Positions 52,567 to 62,563 of a stretch of DNA of 64,000 nt are shown in pieces; the stretch's first letter is position 1, and the number at the start of each line of letters is the position of its first letter. The notes under the pieces are model-generated. The model made no database searches and had not been told where the DNA came from. It worked only from the letters and a program-made list of their open reading frames with translations. This stretch comes from Gammaproteobacteria bacterium (lineage in GTDB: Bacteria; Pseudomonadota; Gammaproteobacteria; Tenderiales; Tenderiaceae). Where the stretch lies: NCBI GenBank assembly GCA_021731365.1, contig JAKFXL010000036.1:2503-66502 (forward strand). Direction: 5' to 3'. A program made the position numbers and the translations under genes.

Positions 52567-53208
52567 GTGGAAGTCTACGATTCGGAACGTGAACAACTTG
52601 ATGTCCTGAAAAAATGGTGGCAACAGAATGGTAAAGCCATTGTCATCGGCTCGATACTGGGGATAGGGACGTTAGTGGGTTGGCAGCAGTGGCAGTCAGG
52701 TATGCAGGAGTCACGTGAAGCCGCGTCACAAGAGTATGGTGTGCTGCTTGATAATATGGAAAAGCAGAACCTGCAAGGGGTGAAGGAGAGCGGTGCCACC
52801 ATCATGAACAACTTTGCCAAAACACCTTACGCGGCACTGGCAGCGTTAGCGGTGGCCAAGGTGAATGTGGAGGAGGGTGACACTGCCTCTGCCCGTACCC
52901 ATCTGCAAAAAGTGGTCGATCAAAAAGATCAGCCGCAGTTTCAGCATGTTGCCCGCCTGCGTCTGGCACGGTTGGTATTGGATGAGGGTGAGGCCAAACA
53001 GGCACTGGACCTGGTCAAGAGTGTTGATGTTGCCGGATTTGCCAGCGCCTATGATGAACTTAAGGGTGACATCCATGCCGCACTGGGTAATACAGCAGAG
53101 GCGCGCAGTGCTTACGAACGTGCCATTGCGGCTATGGATGCAGCGCTTGATCAGAGCATTATTAAAATGAAGCTCGATGATCTGGGCGAGACAGAGGTAA
53201 CGTTGTAA
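52567..53208 (+). CDS. yfgM: Ancillary SecYEG subunit YfgM
   Basis: EQL..LKKWWQQNG, ARLRLAR, ELKGDI; GTG start at 52567; hisS-bamB context. Confidence 0.9.
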   Translation: MEVYDSEREQLDVLKKWWQQNGKAIVIGSILGIGTLVGWQQWQSGMQESREAASQEYGVLLDNMEKQNLQGVKESGATIMNNFAKTPYAALAALAVAKVNVEEGDTASARTHLQKVVDQKDQPQFQHVARLRLARLVLDEGEAKQALDLVKSVDVAGFASAYDELKGDIHAALGNTAEARSAYERAIAAMDAALDQSIIKMKLDDLGETEVTL

Positions 53209-54345
53209 ATGCGTTCAATTGTGTTGCCACTACTGCTGCTGGCACTGGCGGGATGCAGCTCCACCGGACCGATCCGTGAACCGGCGGCGCTGGAGGATGT
53301 TAGCGCCGCCCGCCATGTGAAGGTGCTGTGGAGCAGCTCCACCTCATCGGATCGACTCAACCGGGTGTACGACCGTTTAGCCCCCGTGATTGCGGATGGC
53401 ACACTGTATACCGCCAGTGCCAACGGCATGGTATACGCCTTTGATATTGCCAAGGGCAAAAAACAGTGGCAGCAACGGTTAGAGCTGGTGATTACCGGTG
53501 GTGTGGGTCTTAACCAGGAGCAGCTGTTTGTGGGCAGTGCCAAGGCTGAGGTACTGGCGCTGAGTCGCAACAGTGGCGCAGTGCAGTGGCGCACCACACT
53601 CTCCAGTGAAATATTGGCCCCGCCTGTTGCCACCGCCAATCAGCTGATTGTGCGTTGTGTTGATGGCAATGTGTACGCCTTGAATGCAGAAAACGGCCAA
53701 CAGCTTTGGCACTATCAGGGCAGCGTTCCGGCGCTGAGTTTGCGCGGTGACAGCACCCCAGTGATTGCTGGTGATAACGTACTGTTAGGGTTGGCCAACG
53801 GCCGGATTGCAGCGCTGTCGCTCGACGATGGTTCAGTGATCTGGGAGAGTAATGTAGCGGTGGCCCAGGGGCGTACCGACCTTGAACGCATGGTCGATGT
53901 TGATGCCACACCGCTGGTGACAGATGAGACCATCTACGCCGTCGCCTATCAAGGTAAAGTGGTTGCACTCTCGCGCCAGACCGGCAGCACAATCTGGAGT
54001 CGTGATATCGGCTCATCGGCAGGTTTAGGGCTGGATGAACACCATCTCTACGTAGTGGATGATCAGGATCAGATCTGGACGCTGGACCGTAACAGCGGTG
54101 CATCCTTATGGAAATCGGACAAACTGAAATACCGCGACTTAAGCGCCCCCGTGCCCATGAAAGATAGCGTTGTTGTGGGTGACTTTGAAGGTTACCTGCA
54201 CTGGCTGTCACTGGAGGATGGCCACGTTATTGCCCGTCACCAGGTGAGTGATGACGGCATACGCATGGCCCCCATAGTGATTAACGAGGTGCTTTATGTA
54301 CGCACCAAAAACGGCAATCTTGAAGCACTTACCCTTACCCCATAA
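53209..54345 (+). CDS. bamB: Outer membrane protein assembly factor BamB
   Basis: Lipobox LAGC, PQQ-like repeats, LSLRGDSTP, ERMVDVD, GDFEGYLH. Confidence 0.93.
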   Translation: MRSIVLPLLLLALAGCSSTGPIREPAALEDVSAARHVKVLWSSSTSSDRLNRVYDRLAPVIADGTLYTASANGMVYAFDIAKGKKQWQQRLELVITGGVGLNQEQLFVGSAKAEVLALSRNSGAVQWRTTLSSEILAPPVATANQLIVRCVDGNVYALNAENGQQLWHYQGSVPALSLRGDSTPVIAGDNVLLGLANGRIAALSLDDGSVIWESNVAVAQGRTDLERMVDVDATPLVTDETIYAVAYQGKVVALSRQTGSTIWSRDIGSSAGLGLDEHHLYVVDDQDQIWTLDRNSGASLWKSDKLKYRDLSAPVPMKDSVVVGDFEGYLHWLSLEDGHVIARHQVSDDGIRMAPIVINEVLYVRTKNGNLEALTLTP

Positions 54346-54360
54346 GTTGGCCCATACAAA

Positions 54361-55782
54361 ATGAAACCTGTCATCGCACTTGTCGGCCGCCCGAATGTTG
54401 GTAAATCGACGCTCTTCAACTGCCTCACCAAAACCCGTGATGCGTTGGTGGCCGACTATCCCGGGCTGACACGCGACCGTAAATATGGCACCGGTCGGGT
54501 GGGATACAAACCCTATATCGTTGTTGATACCGGCGGCCTGAGTGGTGAAAAGGAGGGCATTGATGAACTCATGGCCGGCCAGGTGCAGCAGGCCATTGGT
54601 GAGGCAAACGCAGTGCTCTTCATGGTCGACGCCCGCGCTGGGCTCACCGGGGGGGATGAGATCATCGCCCGCCATCTGCGCCGCATCAACAAACCGGTCT
54701 ACCTCATCGTTAATAAAGTGGATGGTTCTGACGAGAACATTGTCACGGCTGACTTTCAGCGGCTGGGTCTGGGCCAGGTGATTGGTATCTCCTCATCCCA
54801 TGGGCGCGGCGTCAGCCACATGATGGATGTAGTGCTGGCCATCATGCCCGAGTTGGAGATTGAAGAAGAGGAGGCCTATGACGATACCCTTAAAGTGGCC
54901 ATCATCGGTCGTCCCAATGTAGGTAAATCAACACTGGTCAACCGACTGTTGGGTGAGGAGCGTGTGGTTGCGTTTGACATGCCCGGCACCACCCGTGACA
55001 GCATCTTTATCCCCTTCGAACAGGATGGGCAGAAATATACATTGATCGATACCGCCGGGGTACGTCGGCGTGGCAAAGTGAAAGAGACTGTAGAAAAGTT
55101 CAGTGTCATTAAAGCACTACAAGCAATCGAAGTGGCCAACGTGGTCATCATGGTACTGGATGCCCAGGATGGTATTTCCGACCAGGATGCAACCCTGGCC
55201 GGCTTTGCCCTGGAGGCCGGGCGTGCCATGGTTATTGCAGTGAATAAATGGGATGGGCTGGAGAAAGATGCCCGTAACAAAATGAAAGAAGAGTTGGAAC
55301 GACGCCTGCCTTTTCTCGACTTTGCCGAGATGCACTTCATCTCAGCACTGCAGGGGAGTGGTGTGGGGCTGCTGTTTAAATCAGTCAATGCCGCCTACAA
55401 AGCGGCCATGGCTGATCTGGCCACACCGGCACTCACGCGCATACTCGAAGATGCCGTTAGCCAACATCAGCCGCCGATTGTGGGTGGGCACCGCATTAAA
55501 CTGCGTTATGCCCATCAGGGGGGAAAAAACCCCCCCATCATTGTGATACATGGCAATCAAACCGACTCAGTGCCCGGCACCTACAAACGGTATCTGATGA
55601 ATGTATATAGAAAGGTATTCAAGCTGCATGGCACCCCCGTGCGTATTGAGTTCCGTTCCGGTGACAACCCGTTTGCCAACAAGCGCCGTGAAAACCTGAC
55701 CGTGCGCCAGGCATACAAAAAAAAGATGGAACAGAAATTTACCAGCAAGAGCAAGGGGCGGAATAAACCCGATAAGCATTAA
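54361..55782 (+). CDS. der: Ribosome biogenesis GTPase Der
   Basis: Two GRPNVGKST domains, DTGG and [13 protein letters not shown]. Confidence 0.98.
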   Translation: MKPVIALVGRPNVGKSTLFNCLTKTRDALVADYPGLTRDRKYGTGRVGYKPYIVVDTGGLSGEKEGIDELMAGQVQQAIGEANAVLFMVDARAGLTGGDEIIARHLRRINKPVYLIVNKVDGSDENIVTADFQRLGLGQVIGISSSHGRGVSHMMDVVLAIMPELEIEEEEAYDDTLKVAIIGRPNVGKSTLVNRLLGEERVVAFDMPGTTRDSIFIPFEQDGQKYTLIDTAGVRRRGKVKETVEKFSVIKALQAIEVANVVIMVLDAQDGISDQDATLAGFALEAGRAMVIAVNKWDGLEKDARNKMKEELERRLPFLDFAEMHFISALQGSGVGLLFKSVNAAYKAAMADLATPALTRILEDAVSQHQPPIVGGHRIKLRYAHQGGKNPPIIVIHGNQTDSVPGTYKRYLMNVYRKVFKLHGTPVRIEFRSGDNPFANKRRENLTVRQAYKKKMEQKFTSKSKGRNKPDKH

Positions 55783-55887
55783 TCGCCGTATCCGGTTTTA
55801 GACGGGTGTAAAAGCGAGCGTAAACATATTGCGGTACAGACGTGCCCCCTCATATTCCTGTTAACAGAGTAGATAACCTTAGGCACT

Positions 55888-58800
55888 ATGCAAGAACCTA
55901 CACCAGACACTACAGTCGAGCCACCTGTCAGCGAAACCGACGTCGTTACCCCGGTTGCAGAACCGGCAGTGGCAGAGGCTAAACCCGTGCCAGTGCGGCG
56001 CAGGCGTTGGCGTGGCTGGCTGTTGGGGTTCACAGTGGTGGGGGCGATTATTGCTGGTGCTGTCTATTATGAGATGGAGCACTCAACACTACAGGCCCGT
56101 TTTATTGCCGGCATGGCGCAAGAGATGCGCTATACCGTTGAGTCAGGAGCGGCACCGGAAGATGAGATCCATTACCCCGGTAGCGGCCCCTTCGATTTAC
56201 GTATGGGATATACCGCACTGCCTGATTTTTTAACCGCACTGCAAGAGCGTGGTTACACCATTGACGCCCAGGCGCGCTGGTCAGAAAAACTACAGCAGAG
56301 CTGGGCGTGGGGACTCTTTCCCCCTTATCACGAAAAAGCACGTGCAGGATTAACCATCCACGATAAAAATGGTGACGAGCTTTATGACTCACGCTATCCA
56401 CGGGATACCTACACCACGTTTGAAGAGATAGCCCCACTCATTGTGAACACACTGCTCTTCATCGAAAACCGCGAACTGCTTGAGACCACCCATCCTCACC
56501 GTAATCCTGCCATTGAGTGGGACCGTATGGCACGTGTCACCAGTGGCCTCGCCCTTAACATGATCAGAACTGAAGATGAAAAACTGGCGGGTGGCAGCAC
56601 ACTGGCAACACAGATTGAAAAATATCGCCACTCACCCGACGGCCTCACCAGTTCGCCAATAGAAAAATTACGACAGATGGGCTCTGCCACACTGCGTGCC
56701 TATCTTGATGGCGAAGATACCGCCGTTGCGCGTCGCAATATCGCACGAGACTATATCAACACAGTACCGCTGGCAGCACGGAGTGGCTTTGGCGAAGTGA
56801 ACGGCATTGGCGATGGCCTGAAGGTCTGGTACGACATGGATGTCAACCAGGTCAATGCCACCCTTCAACGTAACGACGTTGATAGCGAAGGCACATTGGC
56901 CGCCCAGGCCATGGCCTACAAACAGGTGCTGAGCTTGTTTCTGGCGCAACGCCGCCCCTCATACTATTTAAGCAGTGCTGGTCCGCAACGGTTAAACGAT
57001 CTAGCCAACGTCTACCTTGAGCTGTTAGCCCGTGAACATGTAATCACCCCCGCGCTGCGTGATGCCGCCGCTGCCATATCACTACGGTATGGGCCACCCA
57101 TGTCACAACGTAATGCAACACCCTATGCCAGTGACAAGGCGATTAACGTTACACGCACACGACTCACCGGCATGCTGGAGCTTAAAAGTCTTTACGAACT
57201 CGACCGTACCGACCTGGCAGTCAACACTACCTTTGATAAATCAATGCAAAAAATTGTCAGCCAGACCCTAAGAAAAATGCAGGACCCTGAAGCAGCACGT
57301 GCCGCTGGACTGTTTGGTGAACGGCTACTGCATGAAGAGAACGACCTCAGCAAAGTAATCTACAGCTTCACCTTGATGGAACGCACCCCCACCGCCAATG
57401 TCGTGCGCGTACAGGCAGACAACTACGATCAACCCTTTGACATCAATGAAGGCGTCAAACTGGATCTTGGCTCAAGCGCCAAACTTCGCACACTGGTCAG
57501 CTACCTCAACATCATCGCCGCGCTGCATAAAGAGTACGCAGTGCTGGAACCGGCCGAACTGGCAAAAATTGCCGTTGCCAACAACAACGTTCTGGCACGC
57601 TGGGCGATTGATTACCTGCGCACCCAGCCCAAACGCGAATTAAGCGACATGCTCGCCGCTGCCATGGAGCGTACCTACTCCGCCAATCCCGGCGAGCAAT
57701 TTTTTACCGGCGGCGGAGTGCACACATTTGCAAACTTCGACAAACTGGATAACGGAAAAATTGTCACCGTCCGTGAAGCCATGCGTAGTTCCATCAATCT
57801 GCCCTTTGTACGCATGATGCGCGACATCGTTCGTTACCACATGCTGCAAATACCAGGCTCCACCGCCAAACTGCTCGAAGATGTTAATGACAAACGCCGC
57901 AGCGGCTATTTGGAACGGTTTGCCGACAAAGAAGGCAGCACCTTCATTCAGCATTTCTATCGTAAATACAAAGGCAAAGGGGCAGACGAAATCCTCGAAC
58001 TGCTACTCAAAAGCACACGCCTGACACCACCACGGCTCGCGCTCATCTACAACCGCACAGTCATAGAGCCGAGTGATGAAGCGTTCATAAAATTTTTCCA
58101 CCAATGGTTACCCGATAATAAAATGAGTGATGGGGATATCCAGTCCCTGTCACAACGTTACGGCATTGGCAGTTACAACCTTGCCGATCAAGGCTACATC
58201 GCCAGCATACATCCACTGGAACTCTGGACCGCCTCCTACATGGTGCGCAACCCCAGTGTTAAATCAGCCGAACTACTGGCAGCCAGCGCCGCAGAGCGTC
58301 AGGAAGTCTACAGCTGGCTACGCAAAACCCGGCACAAAAATGCCCAGGACATACGGATACGCCAACTGCTGGAGACAGAAGCATTTATTGAAATCCACAA
58401 AGAGTGGAAACAGCTCGGTTATCCCTTTGATAGCCTGGTCCCTTCATACGCCACCTCAATCGGCAGCTCAGCAGATCGCCCAGCGGCGCTGGCAGAGTTG
58501 ATGGGTATACTTGTTAATGACGGCAAACACCTGCCCACCGTACGCATCGACAATATGCGCTTTGCAGCGGATACGCCTTATGAAACAAGCGTCAAGTACC
58601 AACCGCCAGCAGGTCAGCAGCTGATTGACCCAAGCGTTGCCGCAGAAGCCCGCAAAGCGTTGAGAGACGTTGTTGAAAACGGCACCGCACGACGACTCAA
58701 ACAATCCTTCACCGACGCCGAAGGCAACATCATGGCCGTGGGCGGAAAAACAGGTACAGGGGACCATCGTTACGAAGTATTTGGCAGCGGCGGCCAACTC

Positions 58801-58989
58801 ATCAAATCAACGGTGATGAACCGCACCGCCACCTTTGTTTTTTATATTGGTGACCGCTACTACGGCACACTCACCGCCTTTGTCCCCGGTGTAGAAGCAG
58901 GAAACTACCACTTCACCAGCGGCCTGCCAGTACAGCTACTCAAAACATTGGCACCAGAACTTGCCCCTTACATACGTGGCGAAAAATAG
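55888..58989 (+). CDS. Large atypical class A-like PBP (transglycosylase plus transpeptidase fold)
   Basis: N-terminal TM, FIENRELL, GGSTLATQ, SSAK, SIN, KTGTG. Confidence 0.8.
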   Translation: MQEPTPDTTVEPPVSETDVVTPVAEPAVAEAKPVPVRRRRWRGWLLGFTVVGAIIAGAVYYEMEHSTLQARFIAGMAQEMRYTVESGAAPEDEIHYPGSGPFDLRMGYTALPDFLTALQERGYTIDAQARWSEKLQQSWAWGLFPPYHEKARAGLTIHDKNGDELYDSRYPRDTYTTFEEIAPLIVNTLLFIENRELLETTHPHRNPAIEWDRMARVTSGLALNMIRTEDEKLAGGSTLATQIEKYRHSPDGLTSSPIEKLRQMGSATLRAYLDGEDTAVARRNIARDYINTVPLAARSGFGEVNGIGDGLKVWYDMDVNQVNATLQRNDVDSEGTLAAQAMAYKQVLSLFLAQRRPSYYLSSAGPQRLNDLANVYLELLAREHVITPALRDAAAAISLRYGPPMSQRNATPYASDKAINVTRTRLTGMLELKSLYELDRTDLAVNTTFDKSMQKIVSQTLRKMQDPEAARAAGLFGERLLHEENDLSKVIYSFTLMERTPTANVVRVQADNYDQPFDINEGVKLDLGSSAKLRTLVSYLNIIAALHKEYAVLEPAELAKIAVANNNVLARWAIDYLRTQPKRELSDMLAAAMERTYSANPGEQFFTGGGVHTFANFDKLDNGKIVTVREAMRSSINLPFVRMMRDIVRYHMLQIPGSTAKLLEDVNDKRRSGYLERFADKEGSTFIQHFYRKYKGKGADEILELLLKSTRLTPPRLALIYNRTVIEPSDEAFIKFFHQWLPDNKMSDGDIQSLSQRYGIGSYNLADQGYIASIHPLELWTASYMVRNPSVKSAELLAASAAERQEVYSWLRKTRHKNAQDIRIRQLLETEAFIEIHKEWKQLGYPFDSLVPSYATSIGSSADRPAALAELMGILVNDGKHLPTVRIDNMRFAADTPYETSVKYQPPAGQQLIDPSVAAEARKALRDVVENGTARRLKQSFTDAEGNIMAVGGKTGTGDHRYEVFGSGGQLIKSTVMNRTATFVFYIGDRYYGTLTAFVPGVEAGNYHFTSGLPVQLLKTLAPELAPYIRGEK

Positions 58990-59007
58990 GGTCGGTTAAA
59001 TATTATC

Positions 59008-59033
59008 CCCTCCCTCTTACTTAAGAGGGAGGG
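59008..59033. terminator. Perfect 12-bp inverted repeat between the convergent PBP and intI genes
   Basis: CCCTCCCTCTTA-CT-TAAGAGGGAGGG; no clear U tract. Confidence 0.45.
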
Positions 59034-59131
59034 TGGCAAGAGTGGCATCAAACCCAGTAACGGCCACTTCATCAGTAAATTAATATAGTGAACGGCACAA
59101 GGGTGAGGGGGCGCATCTGTGAACTGAGTGT

Positions 59132-60118
59132 TCAGCTCATTAACGCCCCAGCTAACGGACTAATCACCGCATTACCACCACGGTTCAATACATGAGTATA
59201 AATTTGCGTTGTCTTCACATCGCTATGCCCCAGTTGTTCCTGCACCGTACGGATATCGGCACCGCGTTGTAACAGATGGGTTGCAAACGAATGGCGCAAT
59301 GTATGGCAGGTAGCCTGCTTTTCAATACCCGCCTTTTTTACCGCAAGCTTCACCGCCCTCTGCAGACTCTTTTCATGCAAATGGTGGCGTCTAATCACAT
59401 CAGCCCTTGGATCTTGAGTGCGCTCCCCAGCGGGGAAAATATACTGCCAACGCCACTCGCGCGGTGCGTTTGGATATTTACGTGCCAAAGCATAAGGTAG
59501 ATACACCTCGCCATAGCCATCGGCTAAATCTTTCTCGTGCAGATTTTTAACGTACTGTAAATGTCGTTTTAACTGAATGGTAAGCTCATCTGCCAGTGTC
59601 ACAATACGATCCTTGCCACCTTTGCCATCAATCACAAAAATAGCATGGTGATCAAAATCCAGATGCATTACCCGTAATCTCAAACACTCCATTAGGCGCA
59701 GACCAGACCCATACATCAAACAGGCTGCTAGCCAATGTACACCACTTAGATTCTTCAATAACCGACTAACCTCATCGACCGTTAGCACCACAGGTAGTTT
59801 TTTTCTCTCCTTGGCCCGCACAGCCCCATTAATATCACCCAGTGGCTGCGCAAGTACATGCCGATACATAAATACCAACGCATTGAGTGCCTGATTCTGC
59901 GTGGCAGGTGCAACATTTCTCTTCACAGCTAAGTAAGTTAAAAAGGCACTAACCTCCATAGCCCCCATCTCCTTGGGATGGCGCTTATTGTTAAAAATAA
60001 TAAAACGCTTGATCCAGTCAACATAAGCATGCTCAGTTCTAATGCTGTAATGTTTGGTGCGGAGCACGTTTATTACACTTTCAAGAAATGGAGATGTTAT
60101 TTTTCTGCCTGAATTCAT
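59132..60118 (-). CDS. intI: Integron integrase
   Basis: HYSIRTE.AY..WI, STQNQA-like [22 protein letters not shown], IntI patch [14 protein letters not shown]...[30 protein letters not shown]. Confidence 0.97.
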   Translation of the reverse strand: MNSGRKITSPFLESVINVLRTKHYSIRTEHAYVDWIKRFIIFNNKRHPKEMGAMEVSAFLTYLAVKRNVAPATQNQALNALVFMYRHVLAQPLGDINGAVRAKERKKLPVVLTVDEVSRLLKNLSGVHWLAACLMYGSGLRLMECLRLRVMHLDFDHHAIFVIDGKGGKDRIVTLADELTIQLKRHLQYVKNLHEKDLADGYGEVYLPYALARKYPNAPREWRWQYIFPAGERTQDPRADVIRRHHLHEKSLQRAVKLAVKKAGIEKQATCHTLRHSFATHLLQRGADIRTVQEQLGHSDVKTTQIYTHVLNRGGNAVISPLAGALMS

Positions 60119-60135
60119 AAAGCCACCCATATTGA

Positions 60136-60151
60136 CTGTATATAACAACAG
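60136..60151. promoter_or_regulatory. LexA (SOS) box of intI
   Basis: CTGTATATAACAACAG (CTG-N10-CAG), 18 bp upstream of the intI ATG. Confidence 0.88.
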
Positions 60152-60177
60152 TACTTAATATGAGAAGTAGCTGTCAA
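60148..60177 (-). promoter_or_regulatory. intI promoter
   Basis: TTGACA-18 bp-TACTGT; the -10 overlaps the LexA box. Confidence 0.6.
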
Positions 60178-60314
60178 GCATGAAAAAGGACAGATTGGGG
60201 TATTTGGCATTATATGATTAAGTGGAATCTAATGATGGGATGAGAAAAATCTACCGATACCAAAGGTACAATCATTTAACTTTCATATGCTTATGGGTTA
60301 TATCCAGTTTTATT

Positions 60315-60343
60315 TTGTAGTTCAGACCAGAGTCGGGTATAAA
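60315..60343 (+). promoter_or_regulatory. Candidate cassette promoter Pc
   Basis: TTGTAG-17 bp-TATAAA upstream of attI; weak -35. Confidence 0.3.
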
Positions 60344-60359
60344 TAGACAAAAAAGGAAA

Positions 60360-60414
60360 GACCCCAAAGTGGGGTGTTTGATTACCCCACTTTGGGGTCC
60401 ATTAACTGTTAGCC
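60360..60414 (+). other. attI region; crossover G/TTAGCC at 60408
   Basis: GTTAGCC pairs (1 mismatch) with R'' GCCTAAC of the first attC; preceded by a 16-bp perfect inverted repeat. Confidence 0.75.
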
Positions 60415-60447
60415 CCCTATTTTTAACCCACCACGAAAGGAAATAAT

Positions 60448-60963
60448 ATGAAACTGAAACTCACGTCACTCTCCCTCATGCTCTGCGCTGGCAGTGCAAT
60501 GGCTGACACAACAGTGCAAATGTCCATGGTCGATGCAAAGGGTGTTAGCGCTAGCGTTGGACAGGTATCAATCACTGAATCAAAGTACGGCATGGTGTTT
60601 TCGCCGTCACTGAAAGGGCTTCCCCCTGGGTTGCATGGGTTCCATCTGCACCAAAACCCAAGCTGTGAGCCGAAAGAGAAGGATGGGAAAATGGTTCCTG
60701 CGTTAGCGGCGGGGGGCCACTACGACCCAAGCGATTCTAAGCGCCATGACACTCCTTGGAGTGACGGTCATCTGGGTGATTTACCCGCACTCTTTGTGGA
60801 TGCAGAAGGCAATGCTAATCAACCTGTACTCGCCCCTCGCCTAAAGACGGCAGATCTTGCAAGTCGTTCGCTGATGGTGCATGTGGGCGGAGATAATCAT
60901 GCGGATCATCCTGCTCCGCTTGGTGGTGGCGGTGCGCGTATGGTATGCGGTGTTATCAAGTAA
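60448..60963 (+). CDS. sodC: Periplasmic Cu/Zn superoxide dismutase (cassette 1)
   Basis: Signal peptide, [36 protein letters not shown]. Confidence 0.96.
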   Translation: MKLKLTSLSLMLCAGSAMADTTVQMSMVDAKGVSASVGQVSITESKYGMVFSPSLKGLPPGLHGFHLHQNPSCEPKEKDGKMVPALAAGGHYDPSDSKRHDTPWSDGHLGDLPALFVDAEGNANQPVLAPRLKTADLASRSLMVHVGGDNHADHPAPLGGGGARMVCGVIK

Positions 60964-60965
60964 AA

Positions 60966-61029
60966 GCCTAACTCTGCATTCGAGAGGGACGCGCCAAAAG
61001 CGGCGCGCCCCTCAATTTGAACGTTAGAA
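60966..61029 (+). repeat. attC site 1 (64 bp)
   Basis: GCCTAAC...GAGGGACGCGCC AAAA GCGGCGCGCCCCTC...GTTAGAA imperfect palindrome. Confidence 0.92.
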
Positions 61030-61082
61030 GACTTCTTGGTTGTTAATTTTAATCTGTATTACCCATGAAAAGGGAGGCGGGG

Positions 61083-62120
61083 ATGAATTTTATAAAGCTA
61101 TGTATCGCCGGAGGAATTGCATTTATTGCTAATCAGGCTTTTGCTGATGATAAAGCAGAACTCAAAGATGTTAGGTTTGAAGGGACAGATTTAGAAATTA
61201 GCAATAAGTGCGAGGGGAATCCTGGCTGGCTATGTAATAGAGAAAGTAGACTACAAGCACATAAACCAAGCACTGTAGCTTGGGAATATACTGATCAAGA
61301 TGATGGTTCTCTTGAAGTTAATTACTCTCTCAGATACATGCTTGCCAGGCCTGACTGTTCTGTAGAAAGAGATAATGACCAACGAGAATGTATAAATGGT
61401 TGGTGGAAAAGGAATGAATGGTTTCTATCTTACTCTGGTAAGTTTGATTTCTATATGGGAACACGATATTCAGGTCCTGTTGTAAATAGAATTAGCAATC
61501 CAGCTCTTCACTGGAGAATTCACAATCCATCTTTCATGGGTGGCGTGGAGTGGCTAAATATAGCGCTGGAGCATAGATCAAATGGGCAAGTTACAGATTT
61601 TGACCTAAAAGACTCTAACGGAAATTACATTGCAGATCAGCGTTGGCAAGCCGGGGACAGAGCATATATTGATGGCATAAGCCGCGCCGCAAATTATTTT
61701 TCTATTGAAATTAAAGATGGTTATAAAACGGACACTACGGCATACAACTACTGGCTTAGTGCGAAAGCATATTTTACAGATGAATCCTTGGTTACATGGG
61801 GAGATAAGAAAGGATCGGATGTTAGGATTTTGGACTACGATGTACTTCGCCTAGCTTTTGTGGGAAATAAGTTTAAGGGTGAAAATAAGCAGTTTAAGCA
61901 GTTTGAATATGGGTTTGAATACACAATGGGAATGAAGGGGTTTGCCACTGATTCATTGGATGCTTCTTTATATTTTCCCTATGTATTCGGAAAAAGAACA
62001 TATTTCCCAATTAATTATTTCAAAGTCCACGTTGGGCCAATGAATGAACTGTCTAACTACACGGAGTCACAAACAAGCATTTATATAGGTATGAAACTGA
62101 ACCCATACCCATCATTTTAA
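61083..62120 (+). CDS. Exported protein, divergent outer-membrane phospholipase A (OMPLA/PldA)-like (cassette 2)
   Basis: Signal peptide (QAFA), aromatic amphipathic strands, LEHRSNGQ resembling the PldA HxSNG active site, terminal Phe; AT-rich DNA. Confidence 0.6.
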   Translation: MNFIKLCIAGGIAFIANQAFADDKAELKDVRFEGTDLEISNKCEGNPGWLCNRESRLQAHKPSTVAWEYTDQDDGSLEVNYSLRYMLARPDCSVERDNDQRECINGWWKRNEWFLSYSGKFDFYMGTRYSGPVVNRISNPALHWRIHNPSFMGGVEWLNIALEHRSNGQVTDFDLKDSNGNYIADQRWQAGDRAYIDGISRAANYFSIEIKDGYKTDTTAYNYWLSAKAYFTDESLVTWGDKKGSDVRILDYDVLRLAFVGNKFKGENKQFKQFEYGFEYTMGMKGFATDSLDASLYFPYVFGKRTYFPINYFKVHVGPMNELSNYTESQTSIYIGMKLNPYPSF

Positions 62121-62135
62121 CGGAATTAACACGTC

Positions 62136-62216
62136 TTCTAACAAGCGCGTGGAGTCGGACTCGCTACGTCGGCGCTTCGCGCCGATTCCGCTCGCCGCTC
62201 ACGCGAAGAGTTAGAA
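62136..62216 (+). repeat. attC site 2 (81 bp)
   Basis: TTCTAAC...CGCGTGGAG...TCGGCGCTTCGCGCCGA...CTCACGCG...GTTAGAA. Confidence 0.92.
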
Positions 62217-62563
62217 CGCAAAGGCACGTTAATAATTTCAGAGAAAGCTCGGCAGTCAGTTTAAGTTCGTAGCTCTCCCATGCTTCAGCATTGTTCGGTA
62301 TTAATCGGGTGTTTAGTATTTGTGCATCTAGAAACATTGAAAGGTGGTCACTTAATCATCTCGGGCATCTTGCTTGGTAGGCTCGCCACAGTTCAGCCAA
62401 AACCTTGCATTGTTCAAGGTTGGTGGTAAGTTAAACAGTATCGTATTTATTAAGGCCAATAGGCGGAAAGTGTGGAGGTCCACTTGAAGGAAAATCGTGG
62501 CGTTGTTTGGCAAGGAGGCGTATCAGTCCTTTCTAATATCCAATTCAATCAAAACATTTTGCT
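62211..62563 (+). other. Apparently gene-less integron cassette (cassette 3)
   Basis: Bounded by GTTAGAA and the complementary TTCTAAC; no ORF of 60 aa or more lies wholly inside it. Confidence 0.7.

Noticed and set aside
60274..60301. dif-like 28-mer ATTTAACTTTC-ATATGC-TTATGGGTTAT
   Set aside because: The inner ATAA of the XerD arm is broken and the XerC arm is poor; likely chance in AT-rich DNA.
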